A stretch of DNA of 64,000 nucleotides from Gemmatimonadota bacterium (GCA_040905425.1 JBBDRO010000050.1:56877-120876); one strand, 5' to 3'. Shown: positions 49,678-61,452, numbered from the stretch's first letter. Translations and numbers: made by a program. Notes: generated by a model not told the origin, from the letters alone.

Positions 49678-50601
49678 ATGAATGATGCCCGCACCACCCC
49701 GGCCGACCGCGCTGACCTGCTGCAGCCCCACGAGCTGGCCGCACTGGGCGGCATGGAGTTCGTGGCCCGCCGCGTGGTGGAGGGCTTCCTGGCCGGGCTG
49801 CACCGCTCCCCGCACCGGGGCTTCTCGGTGGAGTTCGCCGAGCACCGCATGTACCAGCCGGGGGACGACCTGCGCTACATCGACTGGCGCATGTACGGCC
49901 GCTCCGACCGCTACTACATCAAGCAGTTCGAGGAGGAGACCAACCTCCGCGCCTACCTGCTGGTGGACGCCAGCGCCTCCATGGCGTGGTCCTCCGATCC
50001 GGGCCGGCTGCCGCCCAAACTGTGGTACGCCAAGCAGCTGGCCGCGTGCATGGCGCTCCTGCTGCTGCGCCAGGGGGACGCCGTGGGGGCCGTGGCCTTC
50101 GCGGAGCGGACGACGGCCGGCATTGCACCGCGCGGCGGGCGGCGCCACTGGCACCAGGTGCTGCGCGCGCTGGAGCCGCTGGAGGCCACGGGCGGTACGG
50201 ACGCGGGCACGGCGCTGCGCGACATCGCGGGCCGCCTCACGCGGCGCGGGCTCGTGATCCTCTTTTCCGACCTGCTGGTGGACCCGGAGAGCACCCGCCT
50301 GGCGCTCCGCTTCCTGCGCCACCGCGGCCACGAGGTGCTGGTCTTCCACCTGCTGGATCCCGGAGAGCGGGAGCTGCCGGGCGTGGGCGACGCCCGCTTC
50401 GTGGACCCCGAGACGGGCGAGGAGCTGCCGGTGAGCGTGGCCGACCTGCGCGGCGAGTACCGGGACGCCGTGGACGCGGCGCTGGAAGAATGGCGGCGCA
50501 CGCTGGCGCCCCAGGGGATCGACTACGTCGTGAGCGCCACGGACGCCCCCATGGCGGACGCGCTCCGGGCCTACCTGGCCAAGCGCGAGCGGCTGGGATG
50601 A
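49678..50601 (+). CDS. DUF58 (vWA-like) protein
   Basis: GLHRS..RGFSVEFAEHR.YQPGDDLRYIDW, KQFEEET, DASASM, FSD. Confidence 0.92.
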   Translation: MNDARTTPADRADLLQPHELAALGGMEFVARRVVEGFLAGLHRSPHRGFSVEFAEHRMYQPGDDLRYIDWRMYGRSDRYYIKQFEEETNLRAYLLVDASASMAWSSDPGRLPPKLWYAKQLAACMALLLLRQGDAVGAVAFAERTTAGIAPRGGRRHWHQVLRALEPLEATGGTDAGTALRDIAGRLTRRGLVILFSDLLVDPESTRLALRFLRHRGHEVLVFHLLDPGERELPGVGDARFVDPETGEELPVSVADLRGEYRDAVDAALEEWRRTLAPQGIDYVVSATDAPMADALRAYLAKRERLG

Positions 50602-50614
50602 AGCGGAGGACGCC

Positions 50615-52585
50615 ATGGGCGTAGTGACCCCCCTCTTCCTGCTGCTGGGCGCCGCGGCCGCCGTACCGCTGGTGCTCCACCTGCTGCAGCGCCACCAGGG
50701 GCCCCGCCTGGTCTTTCCCGCGCTCCGCTACCTGCGCCGGGCGGAGCGCGAGAGCGCGCGCCGCGTACGCCTGCGCCAGCTGCTGCTGCTGCTGCTGCGC
50801 ATGGCCGTGGTGCTGCTCCTGGCGGCGGCCGCGGCGCGGCCCTTCCTGCGCGCCGCGGGCGACGCGCACGAGCCGACCGCGCTGGTCATCGTGCTGGACA
50901 ACTCCATGAGCACGGGTGCGGTGCACGGCGAGCAGCGGGTGCTCGACGTGCTGAAGGAGCGGGCGCTGGAGACGGTGGCGCGGGTGGCGCCGGGGGACCG
51001 CCTGTGGCTGCTCCGCGCGGGCGCGCCCTGGGAACCGGCCCTAACCGCGGATGCGGCCACGCTGGCCGACGCCATCCGGCAGACGGAGGCCACGGCGGCC
51101 GCGGCCGATCTGGGCGCCGCGCTGGAGCGCGCGGCCACGCTGGTGGCGGCCGGCGCCGAGGGCCGCGCGCCCGAGATCCACCTGCTCTCCGACCTGCAGG
51201 CCACGGCGCTGCCGCGCGCCCTGGCGGCCACGGCCGCGGTGCCCGTGGTGGTGTGGCTGCCCGTCGATGACCCGCCACCCAATGCCTGGGTGAGCGCCAC
51301 CATCATCGGGGGCGGCCTGCCGCCGCTGGCGGGGCGGCGCAGCACGGCCACCGTGGAGGTGGCCGGTGACCGGGCCGGGGACTCCGTGGCCGTGCGGCTG
51401 GCGCTCGACGGCGCCATCGTGGCCGCGGGCACGGCCGCGCCCGGGGCCGCGGCGGTGCTGCCCTTCCCCGCCCGCCCCGCGGGGACGCTCACCGGCCACG
51501 CGGAGATCGACCCCGACGCGCTGCGCGCGGACGACCGCCGCCACTTCGCGCTGCGCGTGGAGCCACCGCCCACCGTGGCACTGACGGGCCAGGCGCCCTT
51601 CGTGGAGGAGGCGCTGCAGGTGCTGGAGGAGGCCGGACGGCTGCGCCGCGTGGGCAGCGTGGCGGCCGCGGACGTGGCGCTCCATGCCGGCGGGGAGGGG
51701 CTGGCGGCGGGACGCGCGCTGGCCATCGTGCTGCCCCCGGCCTCGGCCGTGGCCCTGCCCGCGCTCGAGCGGCGCCTGGCAGCGGCGGGCGTAGCCTGGC
51801 GCTACGACCCGCCCGAGGGCGGTGGAGAGGCGGCCTTCGCACCTGCGGAGGGCAGCCCCGACGAGCTGGCCGCCACGCTGGCCGAGGCGCGCGTGCGCAC
51901 GGCCTATGGACTGCGCGCGCCGGCGGCGCCGACGGCCGGGGACAGCGTGCTGGTGGCGCTGGCCGACGGCCGCCCGTGGGCAGTACGCACCACCCGCACG
52001 GGTGGTGGTCCCACGCTGCTGCTGGCGTCGCCGCTGGACGAGGCCGCCACCACCCTGCCCACCTCGGCCGCCATGCTGCCGCTGCTGGACCGCCTGCTGG
52101 CCGCGCGCCGGGTGGCCGCGCCGGTTGCGGCGGTGGCGCCCGGAGTGGAGGTGCCACTGCCCGCGGCGGCCGACGCCGTGCTGCTGCCCGACGGCACCCG
52201 CGAGGCGGTGGGCGGGGGCACCCGCTGGGGCGGCGCCGTGGCCCCGGGCGCCTACCGCATCCTGGCCGGCGACTCGGTGCTGGGGGCGGTGGCCGTCAAT
52301 CCCGACCCCGCGGAGTCGGAGCTGGCGCGCCTGGACCGGGACGGCCTGGCCGCCGGCCTGCCGGGCTGGGAGCTGCACACCACGTCCTCGGCGGGCGGCT
52401 GGCGGCGCGCGGTCTTCCAGCGCCGGCTGGGCAGCGAGCTGTGGCGCTGGGCGCTGGCGGCCGTGCTGGTCCTGCTGGTGGTGGAGAGTCTTGTGGCCGC
52501 GTCCGCCGGGGGGGCACGGCGGCACCAGGGCGGGTCCGGCGGGGAGCCGGCGCCCACCGCGCAGCCGGCGGCCGCGGATGCATGA
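50615..52585 (+). CDS. BatA N-terminal / vWA domain membrane protein
   Basis: PLVLHL...FPALRYL...LLLRM..ARP BatA motif, LDNSMS MIDAS, LSDLQ, AVN...ES, C-terminal TM ELWRWAL. Confidence 0.85.
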   Translation: MGVVTPLFLLLGAAAAVPLVLHLLQRHQGPRLVFPALRYLRRAERESARRVRLRQLLLLLLRMAVVLLLAAAAARPFLRAAGDAHEPTALVIVLDNSMSTGAVHGEQRVLDVLKERALETVARVAPGDRLWLLRAGAPWEPALTADAATLADAIRQTEATAAAADLGAALERAATLVAAGAEGRAPEIHLLSDLQATALPRALAATAAVPVVVWLPVDDPPPNAWVSATIIGGGLPPLAGRRSTATVEVAGDRAGDSVAVRLALDGAIVAAGTAAPGAAAVLPFPARPAGTLTGHAEIDPDALRADDRRHFALRVEPPPTVALTGQAPFVEEALQVLEEAGRLRRVGSVAAADVALHAGGEGLAAGRALAIVLPPASAVALPALERRLAAAGVAWRYDPPEGGGEAAFAPAEGSPDELAATLAEARVRTAYGLRAPAAPTAGDSVLVALADGRPWAVRTTRTGGGPTLLLASPLDEAATTLPTSAAMLPLLDRLLAARRVAAPVAAVAPGVEVPLPAAADAVLLPDGTREAVGGGTRWGGAVAPGAYRILAGDSVLGAVAVNPDPAESELARLDRDGLAAGLPGWELHTTSSAGGWRRAVFQRRLGSELWRWALAAVLVLLVVESLVAASAGGARRHQGGSGGEPAPTAQPAAADA

Positions 52586-55500
52586 CGCACTGATCGAAGC
52601 GCTCACGCGCCAGCCATCGTTCACGGACACGCTCGAGGCGCTCCCCGCGCCGGGCGGTACGCTGGAGGTGGGCGGGCTGCCGGGTTCGGGGCCGGCGCTC
52701 CTGGTGGCCGCGCTCACCCGCGCCCTGCCCGGCCGCCTGTGGGTGGTGGTGGCGCACACGCCGGCCAGCGCCGAGGCCGCCGAGGCCGACCTGCAGGCGC
52801 TCCTGGGGCCCGACGCGGCCGCCCTCTATCCGCAGCGCGAGACGCTCCCCTACGAGGCCGCCGAGCACCACGTGGAGGTGAGCGGGCTCCGGGTGGAGGC
52901 GCTGGAGGCGCTGCTGGCGGGCCGGGTGCGCGTGCTCGTCACCACGCTCCGGGCGCTGCAGGAGCTGGCCGAGATCCCCTCCGGTCTGGCGGAGTTGCGG
53001 CTGCGCATGGCGGTGGGCCAGGAGGTCAAGCCCACGGACCTGGCCGAGCGGCTGGAGGGCATGGGCTTCGAGCGCGTGCCGATGGTGGAGGGCGTGGGGG
53101 AGTATGCGCTGCGCGGCGGCATCGTGGACCTCTTCGGCTTCGGCGCCCCCGAGCCGGTGCGCCTGGAATTCTGGGGTGACGAGGTGGTCTCCATCCGCCA
53201 CTTCGACGTCCTGGACCAGCGCTCCACGGGGGAGCTGGAGGACATCGACGTGCTGCCGGTGGATCTGCGCGCCGCCGCGGAGGCCGACGAGACCGTGCCC
53301 ACGCGCCGCTCGCTGCTGGACGTGGTCTCGCGCGACGCCGTGCTGGTGGAGCTGGACGCGGGGCGCGAGGAGGAGGAGTTCCGCCACACCTGGGATCAGG
53401 TCCTGCACCTGCACGAGGCCGCCCATCGCCGGGGCGCCGAGCCGGAGCCGCCGCACTCCCTCTTCCTGCCCACCGACGCCGCCATGACGCGCCTGGGCGC
53501 CCTCGGCCGCATCCGCATGGTCGAGCCGGCCGGGGCGGCCGTGCGCTTCGACGCGCGTGAGCCAGAGGCCATCGAGCGGGACATGGACACGCTGGCGGCG
53601 CTGCTGCGCACGGGCGCGGCGCGCGGCGAGCAGAGCTGGATCCTGTGTGACAACCCGGGGCAGCTCGAGCGGCTGGAGGAGCTGGTCGGCGACCGCGCGC
53701 AGCGCCTGCCGGAGGGCACCCGGCTGGCGCTCGGCGCCCTCGCCGGCGGCCTGGTGCTGGAGGGGGCCGAGCCGCCGGTGCGCATCCTCACCGACCACGA
53801 GATCTTCCGGCGCGAGCGCCGCCTGCGGCGCGGCCGTCGCTTCCGGGGCGCCGTGGCGCTGGAGAGCCTGGCCCAGCTCCGCCCCGGCGATTTCGTGGTG
53901 CACATGGACCACGGCGTGGGGCGCTTCCTGGGGCTGGAGCACGTGCGCGTGCTGGACGAGGAGATCGAGGCGCTGGCCATCGAGTACGCCAACGGTGAGA
54001 AGCTGCGCGTACCCGTCTACCGGGTGGACCTCATTGAGCGCTGGGTGGCCGACCGGGAGGGCGCCGCCACGCCCAAGCTGCACAAGATCGGCGGGCGCAC
54101 GTGGAAGAGCCTCAAGCGGAAGACGGAAGCCTCCATCCGCGAGATGGCCACCAAGCTCCTGGAGCTCTACGCCCGGCGCAATCTGGCCGAGCGCGAGCCG
54201 CTGCCGCCCGACACGCGCTGGCAGATGGAGATGGAGTCCAGCTTCCTCTACGAGGACACGCCCGACCAGCGCGCCGCCACCGCGGACGTGAAGCGGGACA
54301 TGGAGTCCCCCCGACCCATGGACCGCCTGCTTTGCGGCGACGTGGGCTACGGCAAGACGGAGGTGGCCATCCGCGCCGCCTTCAAGGCCGTGCAGGACGG
54401 CCGCCAGGTGGCCGTGCTGGCGCCCACCACCATCCTGGTGGAGCAGCACCTGCACACCTTCCGCGACCGGCTGGCGGGCTACCCGGTGCGCATCGAGGCG
54501 CTGTCCCGCTTCCACGGCGGGCGCGAGCAGGAGGACGTGCTGGCCGCCGTGGCCGCCGGGGAGGTGGATATCCTCATCGGCACGCACCGCATCCTCTCCG
54601 GGGACATTGTCTTCAAGCGCCTGGGGCTGGTGGTGGTGGACGAGGAGCAGCGCTTCGGGGTGAAGCAGAAGGAGCGCTTCGCCGAGCTCAAGACGGACGT
54701 GGACGTGCTCTCGCTCACGGCCACGCCCATCCCGCGCACGCTGCACCTCTCGCTCACCGGCCTGCGCGACCTCTCCCTGCTGCAGACGCCGCCGCGCGAC
54801 CGCATGCCCGTCCTCACGCACGTCATCCCGTGGGTGGACGAGGTGCTCGAGGACGCCATGCGGCGCGAGCTGGACCGCGGCGGCCAGGTCTTCGTGGTGC
54901 ACAATCGCATCGAGTCCATCGGTGCGGTGGCGGAGCGCGTGCGGCGGCTGGTGCCCGAGGCGCGGGCGGTGGTGGCGCACGGACAGCTGCCGGCGCACAC
55001 GCTGGACGAGGTCATGCGCACTTTCCTGGACCGCGAGGCGCAGGTGCTCGTGACCACCGCCATCATCGAGAACGGCCTGGACGTGCCCACCGCCAACACG
55101 CTCATCGTGGATCGGGCCGACATGTTCGGCCTGGCCCAGCTCTACCAGATCCGCGGGCGCGTGGGCCGCTCCCATCACCGCGCCTACTGCTACCTGGTGA
55201 CGCCGCCGAACGTCACCGATGAGGCGGAAAAGCGCCTGCGCATCCTGGAGCATTTCACGGAGCTGGGCAGCGGCTACGCGGTGGCGCTCAAGGACCTGGA
55301 GCTGCGCGGCGCGGGCAACATCCTGGGCGCGGAGCAGTCGGGCTTCGTGCACGCCGTGGGGCTGGACACGTACACGCGCCTGCTGGCGGAGACCATCAAG
55401 CACCTGCAGGCGGGTGAGGCGGAGGAGCTCGTGCCCACGGACGTCTCGCTGGAGGGCGCGGCCTACCTGCCCGACGGCTACGTGGCGGAGAGCTCGCAGA

Positions 55501-55886
55501 AGCTCCACCTCTACCGGCGCCTCTCACGGGTGGAGGACGCCGCCGAGGTGGGGGCGCTCGCGGAGGAGGTGCGGGACCGCTACGGCGCGCCGCCCGCCGA
55601 GGTGGACCGGCTCTTCGGCGGGGCCAGCCTGCGCGTGCTCGGCACGCATCTGGGCGTGGAGCGGGTGCTGGTTCGAGGCGACAGTGCCCGCGTCACCTTC
55701 CGCGCGGGTGCCTCACCCCGGCTGGCCGTGCTGCAGAGTGCGCTGCACGACCGCCAGGTGGAGGTGGAGATCAAGCGCACCACCCCGCTCTCCATCGTGG
55801 TCCGCCGGCGCGGCGCCCACGAGCTGGTGCCCACCCTGGTGGCCGCCTTCGAACTGCTCCTTGGGGAGCGCGCGCGGGCCGCCTGA
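52578..55886 (+). CDS. mfd: Transcription-repair coupling factor
   Basis: [80 protein letters not shown]. Start placed at ATG 52578. Confidence 0.96.
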   Translation: MHDALIEALTRQPSFTDTLEALPAPGGTLEVGGLPGSGPALLVAALTRALPGRLWVVVAHTPASAEAAEADLQALLGPDAAALYPQRETLPYEAAEHHVEVSGLRVEALEALLAGRVRVLVTTLRALQELAEIPSGLAELRLRMAVGQEVKPTDLAERLEGMGFERVPMVEGVGEYALRGGIVDLFGFGAPEPVRLEFWGDEVVSIRHFDVLDQRSTGELEDIDVLPVDLRAAAEADETVPTRRSLLDVVSRDAVLVELDAGREEEEFRHTWDQVLHLHEAAHRRGAEPEPPHSLFLPTDAAMTRLGALGRIRMVEPAGAAVRFDAREPEAIERDMDTLAALLRTGAARGEQSWILCDNPGQLERLEELVGDRAQRLPEGTRLALGALAGGLVLEGAEPPVRILTDHEIFRRERRLRRGRRFRGAVALESLAQLRPGDFVVHMDHGVGRFLGLEHVRVLDEEIEALAIEYANGEKLRVPVYRVDLIERWVADREGAATPKLHKIGGRTWKSLKRKTEASIREMATKLLELYARRNLAEREPLPPDTRWQMEMESSFLYEDTPDQRAATADVKRDMESPRPMDRLLCGDVGYGKTEVAIRAAFKAVQDGRQVAVLAPTTILVEQHLHTFRDRLAGYPVRIEALSRFHGGREQEDVLAAVAAGEVDILIGTHRILSGDIVFKRLGLVVVDEEQRFGVKQKERFAELKTDVDVLSLTATPIPRTLHLSLTGLRDLSLLQTPPRDRMPVLTHVIPWVDEVLEDAMRRELDRGGQVFVVHNRIESIGAVAERVRRLVPEARAVVAHGQLPAHTLDEVMRTFLDREAQVLVTTAIIENGLDVPTANTLIVDRADMFGLAQLYQIRGRVGRSHHRAYCYLVTPPNVTDEAEKRLRILEHFTELGSGYAVALKDLELRGAGNILGAEQSGFVHAVGLDTYTRLLAETIKHLQAGEAEELVPTDVSLEGAAYLPDGYVAESSQKLHLYRRLSRVEDAAEVGALAEEVRDRYGAPPAEVDRLFGGASLRVLGTHLGVERVLVRGDSARVTFRAGASPRLAVLQSALHDRQVEVEIKRTTPLSIVVRRRGAHELVPTLVAAFELLLGERARAA

Positions 55887-56001
55887 GCGCACCGCGCGGC
55901 CGGCGGCGCGGGTAGCGGATCGGCCACGCCGCCGTTACGTTGCAAGGTCTCGGCCCCGAACGTATTTCGGCCGATCCGGTACCAGTCAAGGAGATATCTG
56001 G

Positions 56002-57483
56002 ATGACCAAGTGGGTCCCCCTCTGCGCGCTCGCCATCGTGCTTACGCTGACGGGCTGTGAGGGATTCAGCCAGGCCATGAGATCGAGTTCCAACCTGCTG
56101 GCCCGCGCGGGCGGGCACGAACTCACAGTGGACCGCGCCGCCGAACTGATCGCGCCGCACACCAACATCCCGGCCCAGCCCGAGGTGGTGCAGGCCGTGG
56201 CGGATCTGTGGGTGGACTACATCCTCGTGGCCTCCCAGGTGGCCCGGGACTCGACCCTCACCGCCATGGACCTGGACGCCATCGTCCGGCCCACGGTGGA
56301 CAGCGAGATGGTGTGGAACCTCCGCGAGCAGGTGATCAACGTGGACAGCGTCATCCCCGAGGACGAGCTCCGGGCCATGTACGAGGCCGACTCACCGGGC
56401 GGTGAGGTGCGCGCCCGGCACATCCTCTTCCGCATTGCCGCGGACGCCACGCCCGCGGTGCGGGACAGCATTCAGGCAGTGGCCGCACAGGTGCGCGAGC
56501 GCGCCGCGGCGGGGGAGGACTTCGCCGAGCTGGCCAGCACCTACAGTGAGGACGGTACCGCGCAGCAGGGCGGCGACCTGGGCTTCTTCGGGCGCGGCCA
56601 GATGATGGCGCCGTTCGAGGAGGCGGCGTTCGCCCTGGAGTCCGGTGAGGTGAGCCCCGAGCTGGTGCAGACGCCCGTTGGCCTGCACATCATCAAGGTG
56701 GAGGAGCGCCGTTCCCCGGACTTCGAGGAGGTGCGCGCCGACTACATGCGCGGCAAGCTGACGGAGCTGGCCCAGAAGGCCGAGGAGGCCTACATCACCC
56801 AGCTCACCGACACCATGGACGTGGAGGTGCAGGAAGGCGCCGCCGAGCTGGCCAAGGAACTGGCCACCCGCACCGACGCCTCGCTGGGCCGGCGCGCCGG
56901 GGCCCGCCCCCTCGTGACCTACGCCGGCGGCGCGCTCACCGCCGCGGAGTTCCAGCAGATCCTGCGCGCCTCGGTGAACATCCGCCAGCAACTGCCCCAG
57001 GCGCCCGAGGAGGAGATCAATGCCTACCTGCTCGGCCTGGCCCGCCACGAGATCCTCATCCTGGAGGCGCGCAACCAGGGGCTGGAGCCCACGGAGGTGG
57101 AAGTGGACTCGCTGCGCGAGGAGTCGCGCGGACTCATCCTGGACGCGCTGCGCCAGGGCGGTCTCACGGACATCACCCCGCAGGAGGGCGAGTCCATGGA
57201 TGACGCCGTGGAGCGCAAGGTGATGACCCTGCTGGAGGGGATCCTGAGCGGCCAGCAGAACCTCATTCCCCTGGGCCCGGTGACCTTTGCCCTGCGCGAC
57301 GAGGGCCGCGCCGAGATCTTCGAGAGCGCCATCCCCACCGTGGTGGAGCAGATCGAGGAGCTCAGGCCGGGTGACGTGCAGCCGCAGATCGCGCCGGGCG
57401 TACAGCCGCCCACGGGCGGGAACCAGCCCCCGCCCACGGGCGGCACCCCGCCCCCGCCGACCACCGGTGGCGGGGACCGCTAG
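56002..57483 (+). CDS. Parvulin-type peptidyl-prolyl isomerase lipoprotein
   Basis: AAGGAG RBS, LTGC lipobox, RARHIL...FAELA..YSED...GGDLG.F..GQM..PFEEAAF...G.HIIK. Confidence 0.88.
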   Translation: MTKWVPLCALAIVLTLTGCEGFSQAMRSSSNLLARAGGHELTVDRAAELIAPHTNIPAQPEVVQAVADLWVDYILVASQVARDSTLTAMDLDAIVRPTVDSEMVWNLREQVINVDSVIPEDELRAMYEADSPGGEVRARHILFRIAADATPAVRDSIQAVAAQVRERAAAGEDFAELASTYSEDGTAQQGGDLGFFGRGQMMAPFEEAAFALESGEVSPELVQTPVGLHIIKVEERRSPDFEEVRADYMRGKLTELAQKAEEAYITQLTDTMDVEVQEGAAELAKELATRTDASLGRRAGARPLVTYAGGALTAAEFQQILRASVNIRQQLPQAPEEEINAYLLGLARHEILILEARNQGLEPTEVEVDSLREESRGLILDALRQGGLTDITPQEGESMDDAVERKVMTLLEGILSGQQNLIPLGPVTFALRDEGRAEIFESAIPTVVEQIEELRPGDVQPQIAPGVQPPTGGNQPPPTGGTPPPPTTGGGDR

Positions 57484-57598
57484 GGCGGCAGGAACCCGTC
57501 CTTTGCCCGGGGTATAACGAAGGGGCCGGCGCCACGCGTCGGCCCCTTCCTGAAGGCGCGTGCGCCGCGCCCCGTCACCCGCAGCCGCACCGAGGAAC

Positions 57599-58921
57599 AT
57601 GAGTCACAGGATCCCGCGCACCCCGCTCCTGGCGTTCGCCGTGCTGGCCGCGCTTGCAGCCCCCGCAGGCGCCCAGCAGCCCGTGGCGGACGAACCCGTG
57701 GGCCACATCGTGGCCGTGGCGGGAGACAGCGCCGTCTTCAACTACGAGCTGGACCTGCGCCTCTTCTCCGCCGCGCAGGAGCTGCCGCCGGAAGGCGCCG
57801 AGCGCGACCGGCTCCGGCGCGCCATCCTGGACCAGATCGTGGACGAGCTGCTGCTGGTGCAGGCGGCGCTGCGGGACACCACCATCTTCGTGGCGGAGGC
57901 CGATCTGGCGCGCGAGGCGGACGATTCGATTGCCGTAGAACAGGCGCGGATGGGCGGGCCGGAGGCGTACCGCCAGGCGCTGGAGCAGGCCGGCTTCACG
58001 GTGGAGGGTATCCGCCAGGTACGCATCAGCCAGATGCGCAAGACCGAGCTCATCAGCCAGTACCTGGGGCGTATGCGGCAGAGCCGGACACCACCGCCGG
58101 TATCCGAGTCGGAGCTGCGCGAGATCTACCAGGCGGAGCTGGTCGCGGGCCGCATTCCGCCCCGGCCGGCGCGCATCACCTTCGACCACATCGTGATGCC
58201 CACGGCGCCGTCCGACACCGCGTGGACGCGCGCCCTCGAGGAAGCGCGCACCGTGGTGGCGCAGGCGCGCGCGGGTGAGGACTGGGCCACGCTCGTACGG
58301 CGCCATTCCGACGAGGCCGGCGCGGGCGCGCGCGAGGGGACGCTGGGCTGGTTCCGCCGCGGGGACATGGTGCGTGCCTTCGAACGGGCGGTCTACGATC
58401 GCTCACCCCGCCCCGGGGACATCATCGGACCGGTGGAGAGCCCGTTCGGCCTGCACGTCATCCGCCTGGAGCGGATCCGCGGGCCGGAGCGCCAGGCCAG
58501 CCACATCCTCATCCAGCCGACCATCACCGACGAGGACCGCGCGCGTGCGCAGGAGAAGGCCAGTGCTGTGACCGACTCGCTGCGCCAGGGGACGCCGCTG
58601 AGCGCGCTCCAGGACCGCCACCATGACGCTTCCGAGGACCGGCGCCTGGGCCCGTTACCCCGCGACTCCCTGCCCGCCGCCTACGGCACGGCGCTGGCCG
58701 GCGCGGACGAGGGGGACGTGGTGGGCCCGATCCGCGTGGACGACCCGCGCATGGGCACGCGCTGGGTGGTGGCCCGCGTTGTGGACGTGGACGAGGCCGG
58801 CCAGTACACCCTGGAGGATCTGCGGCCGCGCCTGGAGCAGTCGCTGCAGCAGCAGAAGCTCTTCGAGGAGATTGTGGCGGACCTGCGCCGGCGCCTGTAC
58901 GTGGACATCCGGCTCCGCTGA
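57599..58921 (+). CDS. surA: SurA-like periplasmic chaperone / PPIase
   Basis: Signal peptide, IVAVAG SurA-like N-domain, G.LGWF.RGDMV.AFE, ESPFGLHVI, ASHIL. Lies directly upstream of pdxA. Confidence 0.75.
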   Translation: MSHRIPRTPLLAFAVLAALAAPAGAQQPVADEPVGHIVAVAGDSAVFNYELDLRLFSAAQELPPEGAERDRLRRAILDQIVDELLLVQAALRDTTIFVAEADLAREADDSIAVEQARMGGPEAYRQALEQAGFTVEGIRQVRISQMRKTELISQYLGRMRQSRTPPPVSESELREIYQAELVAGRIPPRPARITFDHIVMPTAPSDTAWTRALEEARTVVAQARAGEDWATLVRRHSDEAGAGAREGTLGWFRRGDMVRAFERAVYDRSPRPGDIIGPVESPFGLHVIRLERIRGPERQASHILIQPTITDEDRARAQEKASAVTDSLRQGTPLSALQDRHHDASEDRRLGPLPRDSLPAAYGTALAGADEGDVVGPIRVDDPRMGTRWVVARVVDVDEAGQYTLEDLRPRLEQSLQQQKLFEEIVADLRRRLYVDIRLR

Positions 58922-58940
58922 GCCGGACGCACGCACCGCC

Positions 58941-59915
58941 ATGCCACGTGTCCGACTGGCGCTGACGCTGGGGGACCCCCGGGGGATCGGCCCGGAGGTG
59001 GCCGCCGCAGCCGCCGCCGCGGTGCGTGACGCCGAGCTGCTGTTCGTGGGCCCGGCAGGCACGGCGGCCGACGGGGCGGGTGTCCCGCTTCACCCCATCG
59101 GCCAGTGGCGCGCAGGAGACCCCATCGCGGCCGCCGGCAGACTGGCCGCCGCCGCCATCCGCACCGCCGCGGAGATGGCGCTGGCGGGCCGGGTGGACGG
59201 CATCGTCACGGCGCCCATCGACAAGGCGGCGCTGCACGCCGGGGGCGCCCGCTGGCCCGGCCACACGGAGATGCTGGCCGAACTGGCCGGTGGCGTGCCC
59301 GTGGCCATGATGCTCGCGGCGGAGCACACGAGCGCGGGCGGCCCGCTCCGGGTGGTGCTGGCCACCACGCACCTGGCGCTGCGCAACGTGCCCGCCGCGC
59401 TGGACGCGGACGCCCTGGTGCGGGCCGCCTCAATCACGGCCACTGGTCTGCGCGCGGGCTGGGCGATCGCGGAGCCGCGCATTGCGCTGTGCGCGCTCAA
59501 CCCCCACGCCTCGGACGGCGGCCTCTTCGGTGACGAGGAGGTGCGCGTCTATCAGCCTGCGCTGGAGCGGCTGGGCGCGGCGGGGATCACCGCGCTGGGC
59601 CCCTTTCCGGCCGATACCGTCTTCGTGCGCGCCATGCGCGGCGAGTTCGACGCCGTGGTGGCGCCCTACCACGACGTGGGTATGGCAGCCTTCAAGACGG
59701 CGGCGTTCGGCAGTGGCGTGAACGTCACGCTCGGTCTACCGTTCGTGAGGACCTCGCCCGACCACGGGACCGCGCTGGACATCGCGGGCCACGGCACGGC
59801 GGATCCGAGCTCCATGATCGAAGCGGTGCGGCTGGCGGTCCGGCTGGTCGCGCGCGGCCGCGGGGAGGCCGAACCGGCACCCTCCCCGCCTCCCCGTTCC
59901 ACCGCGCAGGCATGA
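58941..59915 (+). CDS. pdxA: 4-hydroxythreonine-4-phosphate dehydrogenase
   Basis: TLGDP.GIGPE, TAPIDK, GHTE, TTH, LNPHA, GPFPADT, YHD, NVTLGLPFVRTSPDHGTA.DIAG. Confidence 0.95.
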   Translation: MPRVRLALTLGDPRGIGPEVAAAAAAAVRDAELLFVGPAGTAADGAGVPLHPIGQWRAGDPIAAAGRLAAAAIRTAAEMALAGRVDGIVTAPIDKAALHAGGARWPGHTEMLAELAGGVPVAMMLAAEHTSAGGPLRVVLATTHLALRNVPAALDADALVRAASITATGLRAGWAIAEPRIALCALNPHASDGGLFGDEEVRVYQPALERLGAAGITALGPFPADTVFVRAMRGEFDAVVAPYHDVGMAAFKTAAFGSGVNVTLGLPFVRTSPDHGTALDIAGHGTADPSSMIEAVRLAVRLVARGRGEAEPAPSPPPRSTAQA

Positions 59916-60595
59916 TCCGATTCTACCACGTCTTCAAGGAGTATCCCCGCACGGGCATGGCGCTCTCGGACGTGACGTTCGAGATCGTCAAGGGGGAATT
60001 CTGCTTCCTGACGGGCCACAGCGGCGCCGGCAAGTCCACCATCATGCGCCTCATCCACATGGCGGAGCGGCCCTCCCGCGGGGACGTACGCGTGAGCGGG
60101 TACTCCGGCCTCACCATCCGCCCGCGTGACGTGTCCATGCTGCGCCGCAAGATCGGCTACGTGTTCCAGGATTTCCGCCTGTTGCAGGATCGCACCGCGG
60201 CAGAGAACGTGGCCTTCGCGCTCGAGGTGACGGGGGCGCGCCGCAACGTCATCCAGTCCAAGGTGGGCCGCCTGCTGGCGCAGGTGGGGCTGGCCGCCAA
60301 GTCGGAGGCCTTTCCCGCCGAGCTGTCGGGCGGCGAGCAGCAGCGCGTGGCCGTGGCCCGGGCGCTGGTGCACGACCCGCTGGTGCTGCTGGCGGACGAG
60401 CCCACGGGCAACCTGGACGAGCGCGCCACGCGCGGCATCTTCGAGCTGTTCCGTGACATCAACGCGTCCGGCACGGCGGTGATCCTGGCCACGCACGACA
60501 TGGATCTACTGCGGGACAACCCGGCCACGCGCATCATCGAGCTGGACCAGGGACACGTTGTCTACGATTCCGCCGCCGACCCCGTGACCTCATGA
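59912..60595 (+). CDS. ftsE: Cell division ATP-binding protein
   Basis: GHSGAGKST, LRRKIGYVFQDFRLL, LSGGEQQRV, LADEPTGNLD. Followed by ftsX. Confidence 0.93.
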   Translation: MIRFYHVFKEYPRTGMALSDVTFEIVKGEFCFLTGHSGAGKSTIMRLIHMAERPSRGDVRVSGYSGLTIRPRDVSMLRRKIGYVFQDFRLLQDRTAAENVAFALEVTGARRNVIQSKVGRLLAQVGLAAKSEAFPAELSGGEQQRVAVARALVHDPLVLLADEPTGNLDERATRGIFELFRDINASGTAVILATHDMDLLRDNPATRIIELDQGHVVYDSAADPVTS

Positions 60596-61452
60596 TGCCC
60601 TACGCCCTGCGCGAAGCCCTGGCCGCCTTCCAGCGGACGCCGCTCCTGACCGCCCTCTCGGCGGCCATGATCGCGCTCTCCCTCTTCGTGCTCGGGCTGT
60701 TCGGCATCGCGGCCTACAACACCCAGCGCGTCATCCAACGCGTGGAGACCCGCGTGGAGGTGGTGGCCTACCTGCGCGACGACGCCGACGGTGACGCGGT
60801 GCGCGCCACCATGCTGGAGCTGGGGCAGCTGCCGGAGGTGCGCACGGTGCGCTACATCTCCCGGGACAGCGCGCTGCAGATCGCGCGTGCGGAGATCCCG
60901 GAATTCGAGCAGGTGTTCGCCGGCCTGGAATCCAACCCCCTGCCCGCGTCGCTGGAGGTGGCCATGCAGTCCAACCAGCGGGGTCCCGAGGTGGTGGAGG
61001 CCATGGCGGAGCGCATCGAGGCCTACCCCTTCGTGGAATCCGTGCGCTGGGGCAGCGAATGGCTGGACCGGGTCTTCCTGCTGCGCCGCGTGGCGGGCGC
61101 CGCCACGCTCGTGCTGGGGCTGGCCTTTGCCGTGGTGGCCATGCTGATCATCGCGGCGGCGGTGCGCATGGCCGTCTTCGCGCGCCGCGACGAGATTGCC
61201 ATCATGCGCCAGGTGGGCGCCACCGAGGGCTTCGTGCGCCGGCCCTTCCTGCTCGAAGGGCTCCTCACGGGGCTGCTCGGCGCCAGCGCGGCGGTGGGCC
61301 TCACCTACGTGGTCTATTGGCTCCTCTCGGGCGCCGTGTTCGAGCTCGAATGGCTGCCCCCCCTGTGGATTGGCACGGGCGTCCTGGCGGGCGTCCTGCT
61401 GGGGGTCCTGGCCAGCGCCGCGGCGGTACGCCGCCATGTACGTCATGTATAA
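60592..61452 (+). CDS. ftsX: Cell division permease
   Basis: TM1, periplasmic NPLPAS, ARRDEIAIM..VGAT..F..RPFLLEG. Confidence 0.93.
   Translation: MMPYALREALAAFQRTPLLTALSAAMIALSLFVLGLFGIAAYNTQRVIQRVETRVEVVAYLRDDADGDAVRATMLELGQLPEVRTVRYISRDSALQIARAEIPEFEQVFAGLESNPLPASLEVAMQSNQRGPEVVEAMAERIEAYPFVESVRWGSEWLDRVFLLRRVAGAATLVLGLAFAVVAMLIIAAAVRMAVFARRDEIAIMRQVGATEGFVRRPFLLEGLLTGLLGASAAVGLTYVVYWLLSGAVFELEWLPPLWIGTGVLAGVLLGVLASAAAVRRHVRHV

Noticed and set aside
51822..52577. N-terminal extension of Mfd in the 1354-aa ORF
   Set aside because: It is an off-frame overlap with the BatA/vWA gene. The plausible start is ATG 52578.
35088..55508. Long antisense ORFs (e.g. 35088-36785, 43295-45904, 52296-55508)
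   Set aside because: They mirror real genes on the opposite strand, as expected in high-GC DNA with few stop codons, and show no recognisable motifs.
57491..57517. ECF promoter upstream of surA (GGAACC...GTATAA)
   Set aside because: Spacing and the -10 element do not match the TGAAAC/CGTA motif seen at the sigma locus.
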